Notes: generated from the sequence alone by a model not told the origin. Numbered from the whole stretch's first letter, positions 1-11,953 are shown. The stretch is DNA of 63,018 nt, filler included, from Octopus bimaculoides (GCF_001194135.2; 8 parts of 7 records of this genome joined end to end with filler, not necessarily neighbours in it), one strand, 5' to 3'. Numbers and translations are program-made.

Positions 1-74
1 GGACGAAAGCTGCCGTGAATTAGCTCCAAGAAGCCATCGCCTCTAGCTATATATATATATATATATATATATAT

Positions 75-215
75 GACGGGTTTCTTTCAGTGTCCGTCTC
101 CCAAATCCACTCATAAGATTTTGGTTGGTCCGATGTTATAGGTGCCATACACTGGAATTGTACCCAGAATTATGTGGTTGGGAAGTAAACGTCTCTCCAC
201 CCGCCACGCCTGCAG
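75..215 (-). mobile_element. tRNA-derived SINE family A, head fragment
   Basis: Similar to other copies in the window (TTTCTTTCAGTTTCCGTC..CCAAATCCACTCA..TGGTTGGGAAG), e.g. 23560-23719 and 60230-60382. Confidence 0.7.
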
Positions 216-484
216 AACGCCTTTGATCAGAGGCCAGGTCATGTCTGTTGTTGAACAAGAACAATAAAAATGTAATATTTTACCTTTTACTTGTTCAAGC
301 GTTTGGGCAGGGACCATGATGCCTTGTGAGGCATCGACCGAACACATTTGGTCTTGTTTGCCGAACCGTTGGGTTGTAGGGGATATAAACAAACGAACAA
401 GGCGTAACAAACGCATACATGTACACAATACGCATGCGCGCACACACACAAATATACATACACACACACACACTCACACATGTA

Positions 485-630
485 CGACAGGATTCCAACC
501 AGTTTCCATCAACTAAATTCGCTCACAAAACATTGGTCGGTCGGAGGTTAGAATTAAAGACATTAACCATGTGGAACTGAACTCGAAACCTTGTGGTTGC
601 ACATCGAGCTTCTTAACCACGTAGCCATGC
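485..630 (-). mobile_element. SINE family A head, diverged
   Basis: Degenerate match to the family A head (CAGTTTCCATC.ACTAAATTC.CTCAC...GAGCTTCTTAACCAC.TAGCCATGC). Confidence 0.6.
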
Positions 631-1706
631 ATTTTATTCAAATATGTATTCTATAAATAATAGACGATGTTGATAAAAGAGAAGAAACATTTCGTTAACA
701 AACTATAAAAAGGAAAATAAACTTCACGTGATTATGCAAATGTGCGGAAACAATAAAGAAAGCGAAAACAATGAACAGAATGGATTATGTTTAGCGAAAT
801 GACAGAAGCGTGTAAGGGAGATAACTCTAATACAACTCTTAAACTCAACTGAATTATTTCCTAAAGCTTAATTCCGTTCACATGTAAAATACATTACAGC
901 AGCAGTCTCCGAATTTATATTGGTACAATATAAATAAAAAAAAAATACAATATCGCAGAACCCACACGTCTATTTTACGGACAATCTCCATCACCTTTAT
1001 TCTAATGAAACATTAAATGAAATTTTCAACATTTCTTTATTCTCTTCTTACACAAAATGCAAGCTTCCTAATTTATTTATTATTTAACATATATATATAT
1101 ATATATGTTGAAGAAACCCTTACACTATATATATATAGTTGATTTAGCAAGTGAATAATTTTTTAAATGATGAATAGCATTTATTTTATAAAATAAACTA
1201 GTTCGATTTTCGGTCGTTTTGCTGATAGCAAAATGATGATTTTTAAAATTTCAAATTAAAATGGTTTGTCTATTTAAAATGTAACATTTAATATAAAATA
1301 TACTCGGTTGAAAAGAGTTGTATTATTAACTTTATTTGCGAATTCGTTTTCGGAAAATTAGTTGTTTTATTAGGCGCTTTTCGATAGGGGAAACTTATTG
1401 GAATATAAGTTGTCTTTCTCAGATAAATAACATTTTGATATTGTTTACTAAACACTTTAAAAATTACTTTATTTCGTATTTTGCAAACTCGGAGATATAC
1501 ATTGTACAATAATTGTTTTTGCTTGGATCAATTCTCTATTAACAACGTTCCAAGGTCAAAATTTTGTTTTCATTATTTTTGGATGGGATTTTCTAACCGG
1601 TTTGAAGAACACTTAGATGTTATTTGTGGCACAAAAAAAACTCGCGTGTGCGCGCATGTGTGTGTGTGTGTGTGTGTGGTAGTAAGAAGCTTTTGTAGAG
1701 AACCTC

Positions 1707-1801
1707 AGAAATGTATACGTAAGTTCATTGTTTGTCCCCTCTGTGTGTAGCCCCCTGTAGGCAGTAAAGAAATAAGAAATGTATACGTAAGTTCATTGTT
1801 T
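1707..1801 (+). mobile_element. 5'-truncated retroposon tail (41 bp) between 27-bp direct repeats (target-site duplication)
   Basis: AGAAATGTATACGTAAGTTCATTGTTT at 1707-1733 and 1775-1801; the insert resembles the tail at about 15640-15681. Confidence 0.65.
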
Positions 1802-2210
1802 TTAGTACTTTAATTCTTAAATTTTAAGTACAGAGTACCGCAGGTATTTGAGGTCATATTTGCCAATTTAATAAAATAATTCTAATCTAATAAAAATAAA
1901 ATGTAAAAAAACAAATCATACACAAGTTCTCGATAAGTTTTCTAATGAGATTCTTCCATGAATAATCCAACTGAAATCGTTGATATGCATCCACTAAATG
2001 GTCCTTATTTATTTCGGACATCACCTGGACAATGGCCACCTTCAGTGAAGTTATAGTATTGTTATGGAGTCAATTAGTTGCCCTTTCAACAACGCGCCAA
2101 GCACAGTCAGTTGGTGAGACTTAAATCTGGCGAGTCCACAAATTGTTTACTCTTTGATACAGCTGAAACATTTACGGCGGAGGCGTTCAATTCCATCTAA
2201 ACTTTCTGTA

Positions 2211-3168
2211 TCAGGTCATCCCATAAGTTCTGTCCGGTTTTACCTTTTTTAAAATTGAATGAAATTTAATAGTATTTTAGGGTGTCTAATGGAATTAAAA
2301 ATTATTTTTATGCATTTGTGACATTTAAACAAATTAAATATTATTTTACAGAATAACAGAATTAAAATTTCTTTGATTAAAACCCTTTCTAACATGGAAA
2401 TATCCAAAGAGCATTTGAGGCACAGAATGCTTTATGAGTACAAAAAAGGAAACTCTGCAGCCAAAGCGACTCGAAACATACATTCAGTTTATGGGAAAGA
2501 ATGCTTGAATGAAAGAACTTGCAGAAGATGGTTTGCAAAATTCAGAAGTGGAGATTCCAGCCTTGAAGATGAAGATTGAACAGGCATTACTTGAAGAAAG
2601 TCCTGCATTATCAGTTGAAGAATTGGCAATAAAGCTTAGTTCAAGCCATACAGCTGTTCACCGTCATCTTCAACATCTTGGAAAGGTTCCTAAACTTGGA
2701 AAATGGATGCCTCATGAATTGTCCGAAAGCAACCGCAAATCCCGAGTTAACATCTGCTCTTCTCTCCGTTCTCGCGGACTCATTTCACCCATTTTGGATA
2801 GACTAGGGACTGGTGACGAAAAATGGATCTTCTATCGAAATGTTCAATGTCGTAAACTGTGGCTTGGTAAAAGGGAAAAATCTCAACCACAACCGAGAAG
2901 GGAACTTCATAGAAAAAAAGGTTCTCCTCTCTATCTGGTCGTATTGCAAAGGAGTAATTCACTTTGAATTGTTACCGCCGAATGCAACAATCAATGCTCA
3001 AGTCTGCTGTCAGCAATTAGAGCGTTTGAACCAAGCTTTGAAGAAAAAAGACCCGCTTTAGTGAATTGAAAAGGAGTGATGTTTCATCAGGACAATGCGC
3101 GACCCCACACTGCAAAGATCACATCACAGAAGATCGAAGAGCTTGGTTGGGAAAAAATTCCTCATCCA
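2211..3168 (+). mobile_element. Mariner (IS630-Tc1-mariner) transposon, frameshifted and 3'-truncated transposase pseudogene
   Basis: TA followed by a TIR-like TCAGGTCATCCCATAAGTTCTGTCC at 2211. ATG at 2394 opens an HTH (LRHRMLYEYKKGNSAAKATRNIHSVYG..CRRWFAKFRSGD). WMPHEL, TGDEKW and HQDNARPH follow across three frames. The sequence ends at IPHP, just before the expected YSPDLAP motif. Confidence 0.92.
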
Positions 3169-4079
3169 CATAATTTTATTAAAATAATTTTTTTAAAAAT
3201 CGCCTAATCTCGTGGAACTTAAGAAGTTTTTTTACAAAGCCATAGGGTACCTAGGAACCTGCTTTGAGAAATTTGGCATTATGATAGTGTAAACCGATTC
3301 CAGTGTAGCAAACTCATAAGAGGCGGAGAGAGAACGTAAGTTCGTTTGCCCGAACATGAGAAATTATTGATTTCTCATTGGTTAAGAATTACTGCCCATA
3401 TACGAATTATGAACTTCGTTGAAGAAATCTTTCACGGGGTTACGGTTCTATGATTCGTGTATGAGTAGTTATAAAAACCCTGATTTTTCGGCAAACTCTC
3501 CAGTGATCGTTGTATGTTACTAAAATCCACGACACTCACCCTTTTGAGTATCGGCTAATATATATGCCATGTTCAATACTCAAATCCGACAATATTGAAT
3601 TGTCGTGAAACCTTATAGTTAGAATGAGAAATTAGTTGATATAAAATTTAAGTCGTAAATTCTCTACGACGAAATGATTTGTTTCTAAATTTCTATAAAT
3701 GTAAAAAAAAATGTATATAATAAATTAATGTAGAAACTTAATTTCTTTTATTTCTCGTTTCTTTCAACTTGTTGAATTTATTTCTGTATATTAATGAAAC
3801 TGTATTTTTTTTATGTGTAACGGTCAAAAAAATATAATCTATATCTTCAACATGCATGTACGTAATGAACGCACGTTCAACGTCTTGGTTTGATACATCA
3901 TAACATTTACGCAGCCTAAACTAAGAGTTATGCTTAGTGATAAATACTTATAATTAAGTTATAAGTAACGAGATTATCATTATAGCTTTTAATTAATAAA
4001 CAATGATATTTGTTATAACTTACGAATGAAAACATCGTAAATAAAGATATAGTATATCTCACATTTCAACGACCTGTTG

Positions 4080-4350
4080 CGATAACCAACCACATAAAAC
4101 CAGCTCTTGACTGGTACTTTAATTTATCGACCTTGTCTATATGAAATCTAAAGGTGATCTTGGCAGAATTTGAACTCAGAAGAAGAATATAGTCGATTAA
4201 ATCTACTCCGGTCCTTGACAAGTACTATATTTCATTGATCCCGGGAGGGTGAACGGCAAGCTTGACCTCTACAAGAATTGAACTCAGAACGTAAAGGAAC
4301 CTAACTAGATAACGCAAAGTATTTTATTCAATGCTCACTAATTCTGCCAA
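4080..4350 (-). mobile_element. SINE family B, two partial copies
   Basis: Reverse complement resembles the family B core (CTGAGTTCAAATTC.GCC..GGTC.AC.TTGCC.TTCA.CC..CGGG.TC.AT.AA). Confidence 0.6.
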
Positions 4351-5019
4351 TCGTCCTGTAATAAAATATCGAGACGTTAATGTTCTGTTTTTGCTCTGTG
4401 GCCTATCTTGTACGCCAACAAATTGCCGTAAAATTTTCAATACTTTTTCTAGGTGTCGCTAAGCAACGGAGAATATGACGTCGATTGTGAAGAGTGTTGA
4501 AACGAAGATTATTATTTTTGCTAGTAAAAAAAAGCAGTGTCTTCGTGACGTGCTCCATGCTTTGTTGCCATAACGATGGGCTGTATTTGTCGATGATACT
4601 GTTACTACAAAATCGAAAAGCCAAGTTCGATCCCAGACACCTCACGAGATGAATAAAACGAAATTTTCCGTCAACGTATGCACCTACACTCTCCCATGTG
4701 TATAGGTGGATAATTTAACGGAAAGAAGAGAATGATAATTGATAAAGAACAATAAAGAGAGCGAAAATCAAATGATGACACCGTGTGTGTATGAAGACAG
4801 CTGGGTATATGTATGTGTGATAGTTGTACCTGAGTGTTTTATATGTGAAAGTCTTATACAAATGAGGAGCCATTTGCCTGGATGTGCAACAGAAGCGAAT
4901 GAGACGATTTATACAAATGGATTTGTACGGTATACAAAGTTGGTAGGATGTCGAAAAGTACGGGTTGGCGTGTAGGGTAAAAACTGTGGGTACGTATTTA
5001 CTTGTTGCAGCATGCACTG

Positions 5020-5165
5020 TTGGAAGCGATATATTATCTGAGCATAAAGTTTTGGATATTAGAGAGCTTATGATATTTCAAATCTCTTGGGAAATGCTTT
5101 CCAATTAGTGTCAAAAAGCACCAAGCTATATTAGTGGAAAAGTCTAGAATGACTGTAATGAAAAT
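5020..5165 (-). mobile_element. Penelope-like element fragment (linker between RT and GIY-YIG)
   Basis: Minus-strand translation TNIAWCFLTLIGKHFPRDLKYHKLSN resembles the PLE motif NIGK.FL.LIDKHFP..HKLHKIFN. Confidence 0.45.
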
Positions 5166-5199
5166 CAACCATTTGCTCTGTGAGAGAGAACAGCAGATC

Positions 5200-5810
5200 C
5201 CTGCTGTCAGGGATCTCCCAGAGTCTCTTTCTACACATTATAAGCTTTGATACTTGGTTGTTAATCATCGTGGGAAATATTCAACACCCAAGAACCAATC
5301 TCAAAATCTTAGCTGCCCCCGGCAGAGCAGGTTTTTGGACTTGTTCTGCTCTCATGTCAATTCCAATTTCTTTGACATGTTTCTCAAACTTGGTTTTTAG
5401 TGCCCCGAGTGCCCCTATTAATACTGGGATGGCAGACGGACTCCGCATATTCCAAATTCTTGCAATTTCGTCTTTTAGTGTATTTTTCAATCTTTTCTAG
5501 TTCTTTATCGCTTATGCATGCATTCCCAGGTATTGCAATATCTATAATCTTTGTTTCCTTCCCCTCCCACACTTTATTTACCACAACATCTGATCTTCGA
5601 GCATCGTTTAGGGAGTCACGTTAGATTGTAAAATCCCACAGTATCTTATGTTCCTTGTTCTCGGTGACTCCTCCTGGTTCATGTTCGTACCATTTGCGGT
5701 GCTCTGTTCAGGGCCGTACTTTTTACATGGCCTACAGTGGACGAACTTAGCCATGTTATCGTGCCACCTTTTGGAGTGCCTTTTGGGCCAACTTGCTACA
5801 CTCACTCACA
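5200..5810 (-). mobile_element. R4/Dong-clade non-LTR retrotransposon 3' end (restriction-like endonuclease), degenerate
   Basis: HDNMAKFVH..CKKY, KWYEHEPGGVTENKEHKILWDF, IIDIAIPG..KELEKIEKY, IPVLIGALG..QKPAL.GAAKILRLVL; frameshifted. Confidence 0.85.
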
Positions 5811-5849
5811 ATATGTGAGATTGTTTTGTTTCTGCTACCACACACCCTC

Positions 5850-5994
5850 ATTGCTATTTCAAACTCCGCCAAGGCCGACTTTGCCTTTCATCCTTTCGGG
5901 GTCAATAAAATAAGGACCAGTGAAGCCCTGCGGTCAATGTAATCGACTAGTCACCTCCCTCCACATTTCAGACCTTGTGCTTATAACAGAAAGT
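5850..5994 (+). mobile_element. SINE family B 3' half, running into an (ATC)n/(ATT)n tail
   Basis: GCCAAGGCCGACTTTGCCTTTCATCCTTTCGGGGTCAATAAAATAAG..CCTTGTGC matches the copy at 25891-26100. Confidence 0.8.
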
Positions 5995-6189
<195 letters not shown>

Positions 6190-6447
6190 NNNNNNNNNNN
6201 NNNNNNNNNNNNNNNNNNNNNNNNNNNNNNNNNNNNNNNNNNNNNNNNNNNNNNNNNNNNNNNNNNNNNNNNNNNNNNNNNNNNNNNNNNNNNNNNNNNN
6301 NNNNNNNNNNNNNNNNNNNNNNNNNNNNNNNNNNNNNNNNNNNNNNNNNNNNNNNNNNNNNNNNNNNNNNNNNNNNNNNNNNNNNNNNNNNNNNNNNNNN
6401 NNNNNNNNNNNNNNNNNNNNNNNNNNNNNNNNNNNNNNNNNNNNNNN

Positions 6448-6479
<32 letters not shown>

Positions 6480-6567
6480 CCACGTCATCTATCCATCCAC
6501 CACCTCCATCACTTCACCTTTTCATTTAATTGATCTACAGATTTAGAACACAGTACAATGGACTCAC

Positions 6568-6646
6568 CAGAAAGCAAATAAATTCAAAGTCCGTAATGAA
6601 ATCCCTGTAATAGCTATCACAGTAAGAGCTTCTTCAATGAATGAAG
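6568..6646 (-). CDS. Candidate internal coding exon of an unknown gene (xSFIEEALTVIAITGISLRTLNLFAF-W/C)
   Basis: gctcctcgatacag acceptor and CTG|GTGAGT donor; only one of three frames is open, with in-frame stops just outside both splice sites; no family recognised. Confidence 0.35.
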
Positions 6647-7167
6647 CTGTATCGAGGAGCTAATATGAGCAAGCAATGGTTGTTGTTTAACATTGGGTCA
6701 GATCTGATCAAACAAACCTATATATCAAAAGATATTCCCACAATGACCATCCCATCTATTTGAGTTTCTCACAAATAATATAGCTAGTGTCATAATACTT
6801 AAATGTGTAATTTCCTTATTTAAATCTATAACATGAAGAAGAATTAGCTGTTACTTTTAGCATCTTGAATAACCACATATAGGCCCTGTCATTGTTGTTT
6901 GGTAAGTGGTGGATGTGGAAGAGACAGCTGCAATTGGCACTGAGCAAACATCATATCATTTACCATATTTAACAACCAGAAGCTGTTCAAATACAAACGC
7001 ACTGCAACAAAGATGCATTATTCCAATATTTCAAGGATTCAATAATAACAATTTAGCAAAATGATAAGGAGGAAGATCGTGGTGGTGACGGAGGAGCCTT
7101 TGTGAATATATGGCCTTATGTGTGTCACTGTGTGGGTTTGCAGGTCAATACACATACATATACATAC

Positions 7168-7276
<109 letters not shown>

Positions 7277-7292
7277 CACACATATACATATA

Positions 7293-8070
7293 CAGGGTAT
7301 TCGGGCTAAATTCTTTATATCACCTTTTTTTTTGAAAAACATCTTGAAGTATCAGAGAATAGTCAACAGTGTTGAAGGGCATAAAGATTAAAGTTGTAGT
7401 TGAGAAAAAGTTAGCTGACATTGAGAACCGGAAGCTGTTGGAGAAGAGTTGTATGCATCGTGGGGATTGGTGCCAGGGGCCAAAATGCTGGCACCATCAC
7501 TGCTTCTCAATGCTCTGTAAGCACCGTAATGGCTGTAGGATGAGGCATAGATGGCTGAAGCGGGGACTATGAAGCCATGTCCAGCAGGAAGGGACATAGC
7601 AGGTGATCTGACTGTGCATCCATACACCAGAATTCATCTCCACATCTTTGAAAAGAGCCTTAGGCACAATTCAGATGGCTATGGGAAGCTGCTGGAGACT
7701 TTGGTCAATCCCAGGCTGAAGAGGGTTCTTACTCAAAAGGCCATATACAGCAGCGGGATTCTGCTCTTTGCCATAACTCTGAAAATAGTCAGAAGTGGTT
7801 GTCAGAGAATTCCTAGACTTCACCAGCCCCTTTTTTTCTGGTCTCCTAATTCCCGTGATTGTAAATCCGATGAGTTCCTACGTATAGGCTGTCATTGAGA
7901 AAGGAACCAATAGATCTACCTGCAGCATCAAAGCTGAGCTGGTGGTCAAGGACAAGGAAATGTGTGATGACCTTTACTGGGACGCAGTGAGGGACACATG
8001 TGTCAGGCTCTTGAGCCATCTCGAGGCCATGGCTGGAAGCTGAGGTGGTGGGGCTACTTTGAGTAAACTG
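7293..8070 (+). mobile_element. Tc1/mariner-superfamily transposon (maT/DD37D-like), internally deleted and degenerate
   Basis: TA followed by a CAGGGT terminus; QQRDSALCHNSENSQKWLSEN, FWSPNSRDC and a C-terminus resembling LEA..EAEGGYFE*; several frameshifts. Confidence 0.75.
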
Positions 8071-8139
8071 TTATCTCCCAGCCATAATTTAGTTGATATT
8101 TTTTTTTAATACACTTTTATTTTTGGAAGTTTTATTTAT

Positions 8140-8255
8140 CATCATCATCATCATCATCATCATCATTTATCATCCGTTTTCCATGCTGGCATGGGTTGGA
8201 TGGTTTGATTGAAAACTGGTAAGCTGGAGAGCTGCACTAGGTTCCAATTTGATTA
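8140..8255 (-). mobile_element. RTE-type LINE/SINE 3' tail with (CAT)n, short copy
   Basis: (CAT)n followed by TTCCATGCTGGCATGGGT..GAAACTGG..AGCTGGAGAGCT.CACTAGG, shared with 8631-8972. Confidence 0.65.
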
Positions 8256-8272
8256 CATGTGTGTGTGTGTGT

Positions 8273-8304
<32 letters not shown>

Positions 8305-8377
8305 ATACACACACACAAGTGTGTATGATTGTGTATAGAAGTATATTATTCAATGAAATTCTAACTTAGTCTGATTT

Positions 8378-8604
8378 TCACATTTTATTATTGACAATGT
8401 TTGCAATGTTACAATATCGAAATAAACTAAGTAATTTCATGTATTATACAATCATCAGGTTCATGTATTGACAGTTGTGTTCCACAACTGTCAGTGGTGG
8501 AACACAACTGTCGATACATGAACCTGATGATTGCATAATACATGAAATTACTTAGTTTATTTCGATATTGTAACATTGTAAACATTGTCAATAACAAAAC
8601 GTGA
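8378..8604. repeat. Near-perfect inverted repeat / fold-back (108-bp arms, 11-nt loop)
   Basis: 8378-8485 is the reverse complement of 8497-8604 with 5 transition mismatches. Confidence 0.95.
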
Positions 8605-8630
8605 CTAATTGGAACTTTAATGTTTAACAT

Positions 8631-8972
8631 ATCATCATCATCATCATCATCATAATTTAACGTCTGCTTCCCATGCTGGCATGGGTCAGACGATTTTATT
8701 GAAACTGGTTAGCTGGAGAGCTACACTAGGTCTCAATCTGATTTGGCATGGTTTCTATGGCTGGATGCTCTTCCTAATGCCAACCACTCCACAGAGTGTA
8801 ATGGGTGCTTTCTATCAGTTACATGACACCGGCATTGGCCACAACTACAATTTCACTTGGCTTGACGAGTCGTCTCAAGCACAGCATATCACCAAAGGTC
8901 ATGGTCACTTGTCGCTGCCTCCGTGAGGCCCAACGTTCAAAGGGTGCTTTTTACATGCCACTGGCATGGGAC
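8631..8972 (-). mobile_element. RTE-type LINE/SINE 3' tail with (CAT)n, longer copy
   Basis: (CAT)n-TTTAACGTCTGCTTCCCATGCTGGCATGGG...GGCTGGATGCTCTTCCTAATGCCAACCAC. Confidence 0.7.
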
Positions 8973-8976
8973 ATGC

Positions 8977-9044
<68 letters not shown>

Positions 9045-9049
9045 CAGAC

Positions 9050-9110
<61 letters not shown>
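8977..9110. repeat. (TAGA)n microsatellite
   Basis: Directly visible. Confidence 0.95.
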
Positions 9111-9111
<1 letters not shown>

Positions 9112-9227
9112 CTTTCTCTATTGGCCACGCAGGGCTGAAGACAGAGGGGATAAATACAAATGTAGAGCTTTTCTTTTCGAAAATGAAAAAGAAAAAGGGA
9201 AAAAATGAAAAAAAAATTAAAATTACG

Positions 9228-9327
9228 NNNNNNNNNNNNNNNNNNNNNNNNNNNNNNNNNNNNNNNNNNNNTTAATTAATTAANNNNNNNNNNNNNNNNN
9301 NNNNNNNNNNNNNNNNNNNNNNNNNNN
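9228..9327. other. Assembly join: N44-TTAATTAATTAA-N44
   Basis: Fixed 100-nt spacer, linker at 9272-9283. Confidence 0.95.
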
Positions 9328-9424
9328 CATGTAGGTAGGTAGGTAGGTAGGTAGGTAGGTAGGTAGGTAGGTAGGTAGATGGACAGACAGACAGAGAAAC
9401 AGACAGACAGACAGACAGACAGAC

Positions 9425-9490
<66 letters not shown>

Positions 9491-11108
9491 GGCGGTGGCA
9501 AACGAAATCAATTTAAAGTCAATAAACTCGAGTTTTTCGACATTTACTGCGCCATAGACATCAAAGTTTTCCCAGCATGCCGTGCAATTAACTTTTAAGT
9601 ATTTTTTCATCCTTCTTGCATTGGAATAGTTTTGGTGCGCAGGTGGGTTGAGTGGTGGGTGTTTGCTCTGTACTCAAACACACATAACAAAAAACAACAG
9701 CAACGTCACCAACATGAATAACATTCAAACTTACAATAGGGAAATATTCTAGAAATGGCACCACAATCTCCCTCATACACTTAATGCAGTCGTTGACGAG
9801 TTAAGCCGAAATATACGACGGGGTGTCCATGGCTAGGAAGCGTTTGATTTGCAACCTGCTGAATGAGGGGTTCTGAAGAACAGCAAAGAGAGTAACAACA
9901 TCACCACCACCATCACCACCACCAACAGCAACAACAACAACAACAACAACAGTAACAATATCAACAACAAGAACGGCAACAACAATTACGATTACAACAA
10001 TAACTGTGAATATAAATCAATCGGGAACAATTTTGTTTGAAATCTATCAGCAGAACATAAATCAATATTTGATTTAACACAGGAAGTTGTTGGTTGTCAA
10101 AGATATCGATTTCTCAAGGGAGGAGGTGGGGGAGGAGGAGGAGGATAATAAGTACGTTGAGTGTGTTTGTGCTTGTGTTTGTGGGAACAGTTTTGTATCA
10201 ACTTCATATATGTGTGTGTGTGTGTATGTATGGATGTGTGTATGTACGCATGTATGTATGTATGTATGTATGTATGCATGTATGTATGTAGGTAGGTAGG
10301 TAGGTAGGTAGGTAGGTAGGTAGGTAGGTAGGTAGGTAGGTATATATGTATATGTATGTATGTGTGTATATAAATATATACATATACGTATGGATAAATA
10401 CAGATATATATNNNNNNNNNNNNNNNNNNNNNNNNNNNNNNNNNNNNNNNNNNNNNNNNNNNNNNNNNNNNNNNNNNNNNNNNNNNNNNNNNNNNNNNNN
10501 NNNNNNNNNNNNNNNNNNNNNNNNNNNNNNNNNNNNNNNNNNNNNNNNNNNNNNNNNNNNNNNNNNNNNNNNNNNNNNNNNNNNNNNNNNNNNNNNNNNN
10601 NNNNNNNNNNNNNNNNNNNNNNNNNNNNNNNNNNNNNNNNNNNNNNNNNNNNNNNNNNNNNNNNNNNNNNNNNNNNNNNNNNNNNNNNNNNNNNNNNNNN
10701 NNNNNNNNNNNNNNNNNNNNNNNNNNNNNNNNNNNNNNNNNNNNNNNNNNNNNNNNNNNNNNNNNNNNNNNNNNNNNNNNNNNNNNNNNNNNNNNNNNNN
10801 NNNNNNNNNNNNNNNNNNNNNNNNNNNNNNNNNNNNNNNNNNNNNNNNNNNNNNNNNNNNNNNNNNNNNNNNNNNNNNNNNNNNNNNNNNNNNNNNNNNN
10901 NNNNNNNNNNNNNNNNNNNNNNNNNNNNNNNNNNNNNNNNNNNNNNNNNNNNNNNNNNNNNNNNNNNNNNNNNNNNNNNNNNNNNNNNNNNNNNNNNNNN
11001 NNNNNNNNNNNNNNNNNNNNNNNNNNNNNNNNNNNNNNNNNNNNNNNNNNNNNNNNNNNNNNNNNNNNNNNNNNNNNNNNNNNNNNNNNNNNNNNNNNNN
11101 NNNNNNNN

Positions 11109-11170
<62 letters not shown>

Positions 11171-11674
11171 CTAGATAGAGAGAGAGAGAGAAAGAGAGTG
11201 GGAGATGTAGATATCGTATATAATTTTCCACTTGAATTCGAAGTTAAAGTTGTGCCTTGTTCCCTAGAAATGTTTAACTCTAGAGCCAAATCGAATACCC
11301 AATCTGTTCTACAAACCCCACATTGATATTATTGCCAAGAAAATTGATTGATAAACTCAGGAAGAAAATGGAAAGACAATTACCCGTAGAAGTGTAGAAT
11401 GAAATCTTGAACATAATCTATTAAAAAATAACATTCATGTTATCTATATAGCATATTAAAATGCATGTATATCGTTGCAAAACGCATTTTAGATGTATTG
11501 AGTTAAATAAAAACACAATTTACTTCAGAGTTAGGTGAAACGGAATTGTATCGGCAGTGACTGCGAGTGCAACAAATACGTATTTCGCCGTTGTTGCGGC
11601 TTATCAATATCAATATCTTTCTCTCTCTGTTTCCTCACTCCTCATCGCTTATTTTCTTTCTCTTTCTATTGCAG

Positions 11675-11749
11675 CTGTACATGTTGCAATACGTCCTGCT
11701 GCCCAGAAAGACGACAACACAAGACGTCATTCAACATGTGGTATTTCTG
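11675..11749 (+). CDS. Internal coding exon of a VOPP1/WBP1 (Shisa-like, single-pass Cys-rich) family gene: xCTCCNTSCCPERRQHKTSFNMWYF(W)
   Basis: Long pyrimidine tract plus TTGCAG acceptor and TG|GTAAGA donor; 75 nt, phase 2/2. CC-x3-CC and the terminal MWYFW parallel the VOPP1 segment CCGSRCC..LWYFW as I recall it. Other exons were not found. Confidence 0.58.
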
Positions 11750-11913
11750 GTAAGATACACCATTTTTGTCTTCCCGGAAGCCTTCAGCAGTAAAGTTTTT
11801 TTTTTATCCTCTTTGTTTTTTTTTACTTTCTTTCAATATTGTCGTTGATGTGGCTGTTACTATTGTTTGATGATGTTGATAACGATGCTGATGATGATGA
11901 CAATGATGATGAC

Positions 11914-11953
<40 letters not shown>

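Noticed and set aside
2005-2050. Minus-strand CTGAAGG..CCGAAAT hammerhead-like remnant
   Set aside because: A9 is mutated and stem I is absent, so it is at best a fossil. Similar unusable remnants lie near 13625-13650, near 20985 and at 48505-48520 (cut by a gap).
8520-8560. CTGATGA-T-stem-T-GAAA motif within the 8378 fold-back as a hammerhead
   Set aside because: No credible stem I or stem III/NUH site can be formed.
9272-9283. TTAATTAATTAA as a biological motif (homeobox site, PacI site or piggyBac TTAA)
   Set aside because: It always sits centred in exactly 44+44 Ns, so it is an assembly linker.
11535-11674. In-frame upstream Cys-rich peptide (KRNCIGSDCECNKY..RRCCG) as part of the VOPP1-like exon
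   Set aside because: It runs through an obvious polypyrimidine tract. The only phase-compatible donor (GA|GTGCAA) is weak, and the better donor at 11580 gives the wrong frame.
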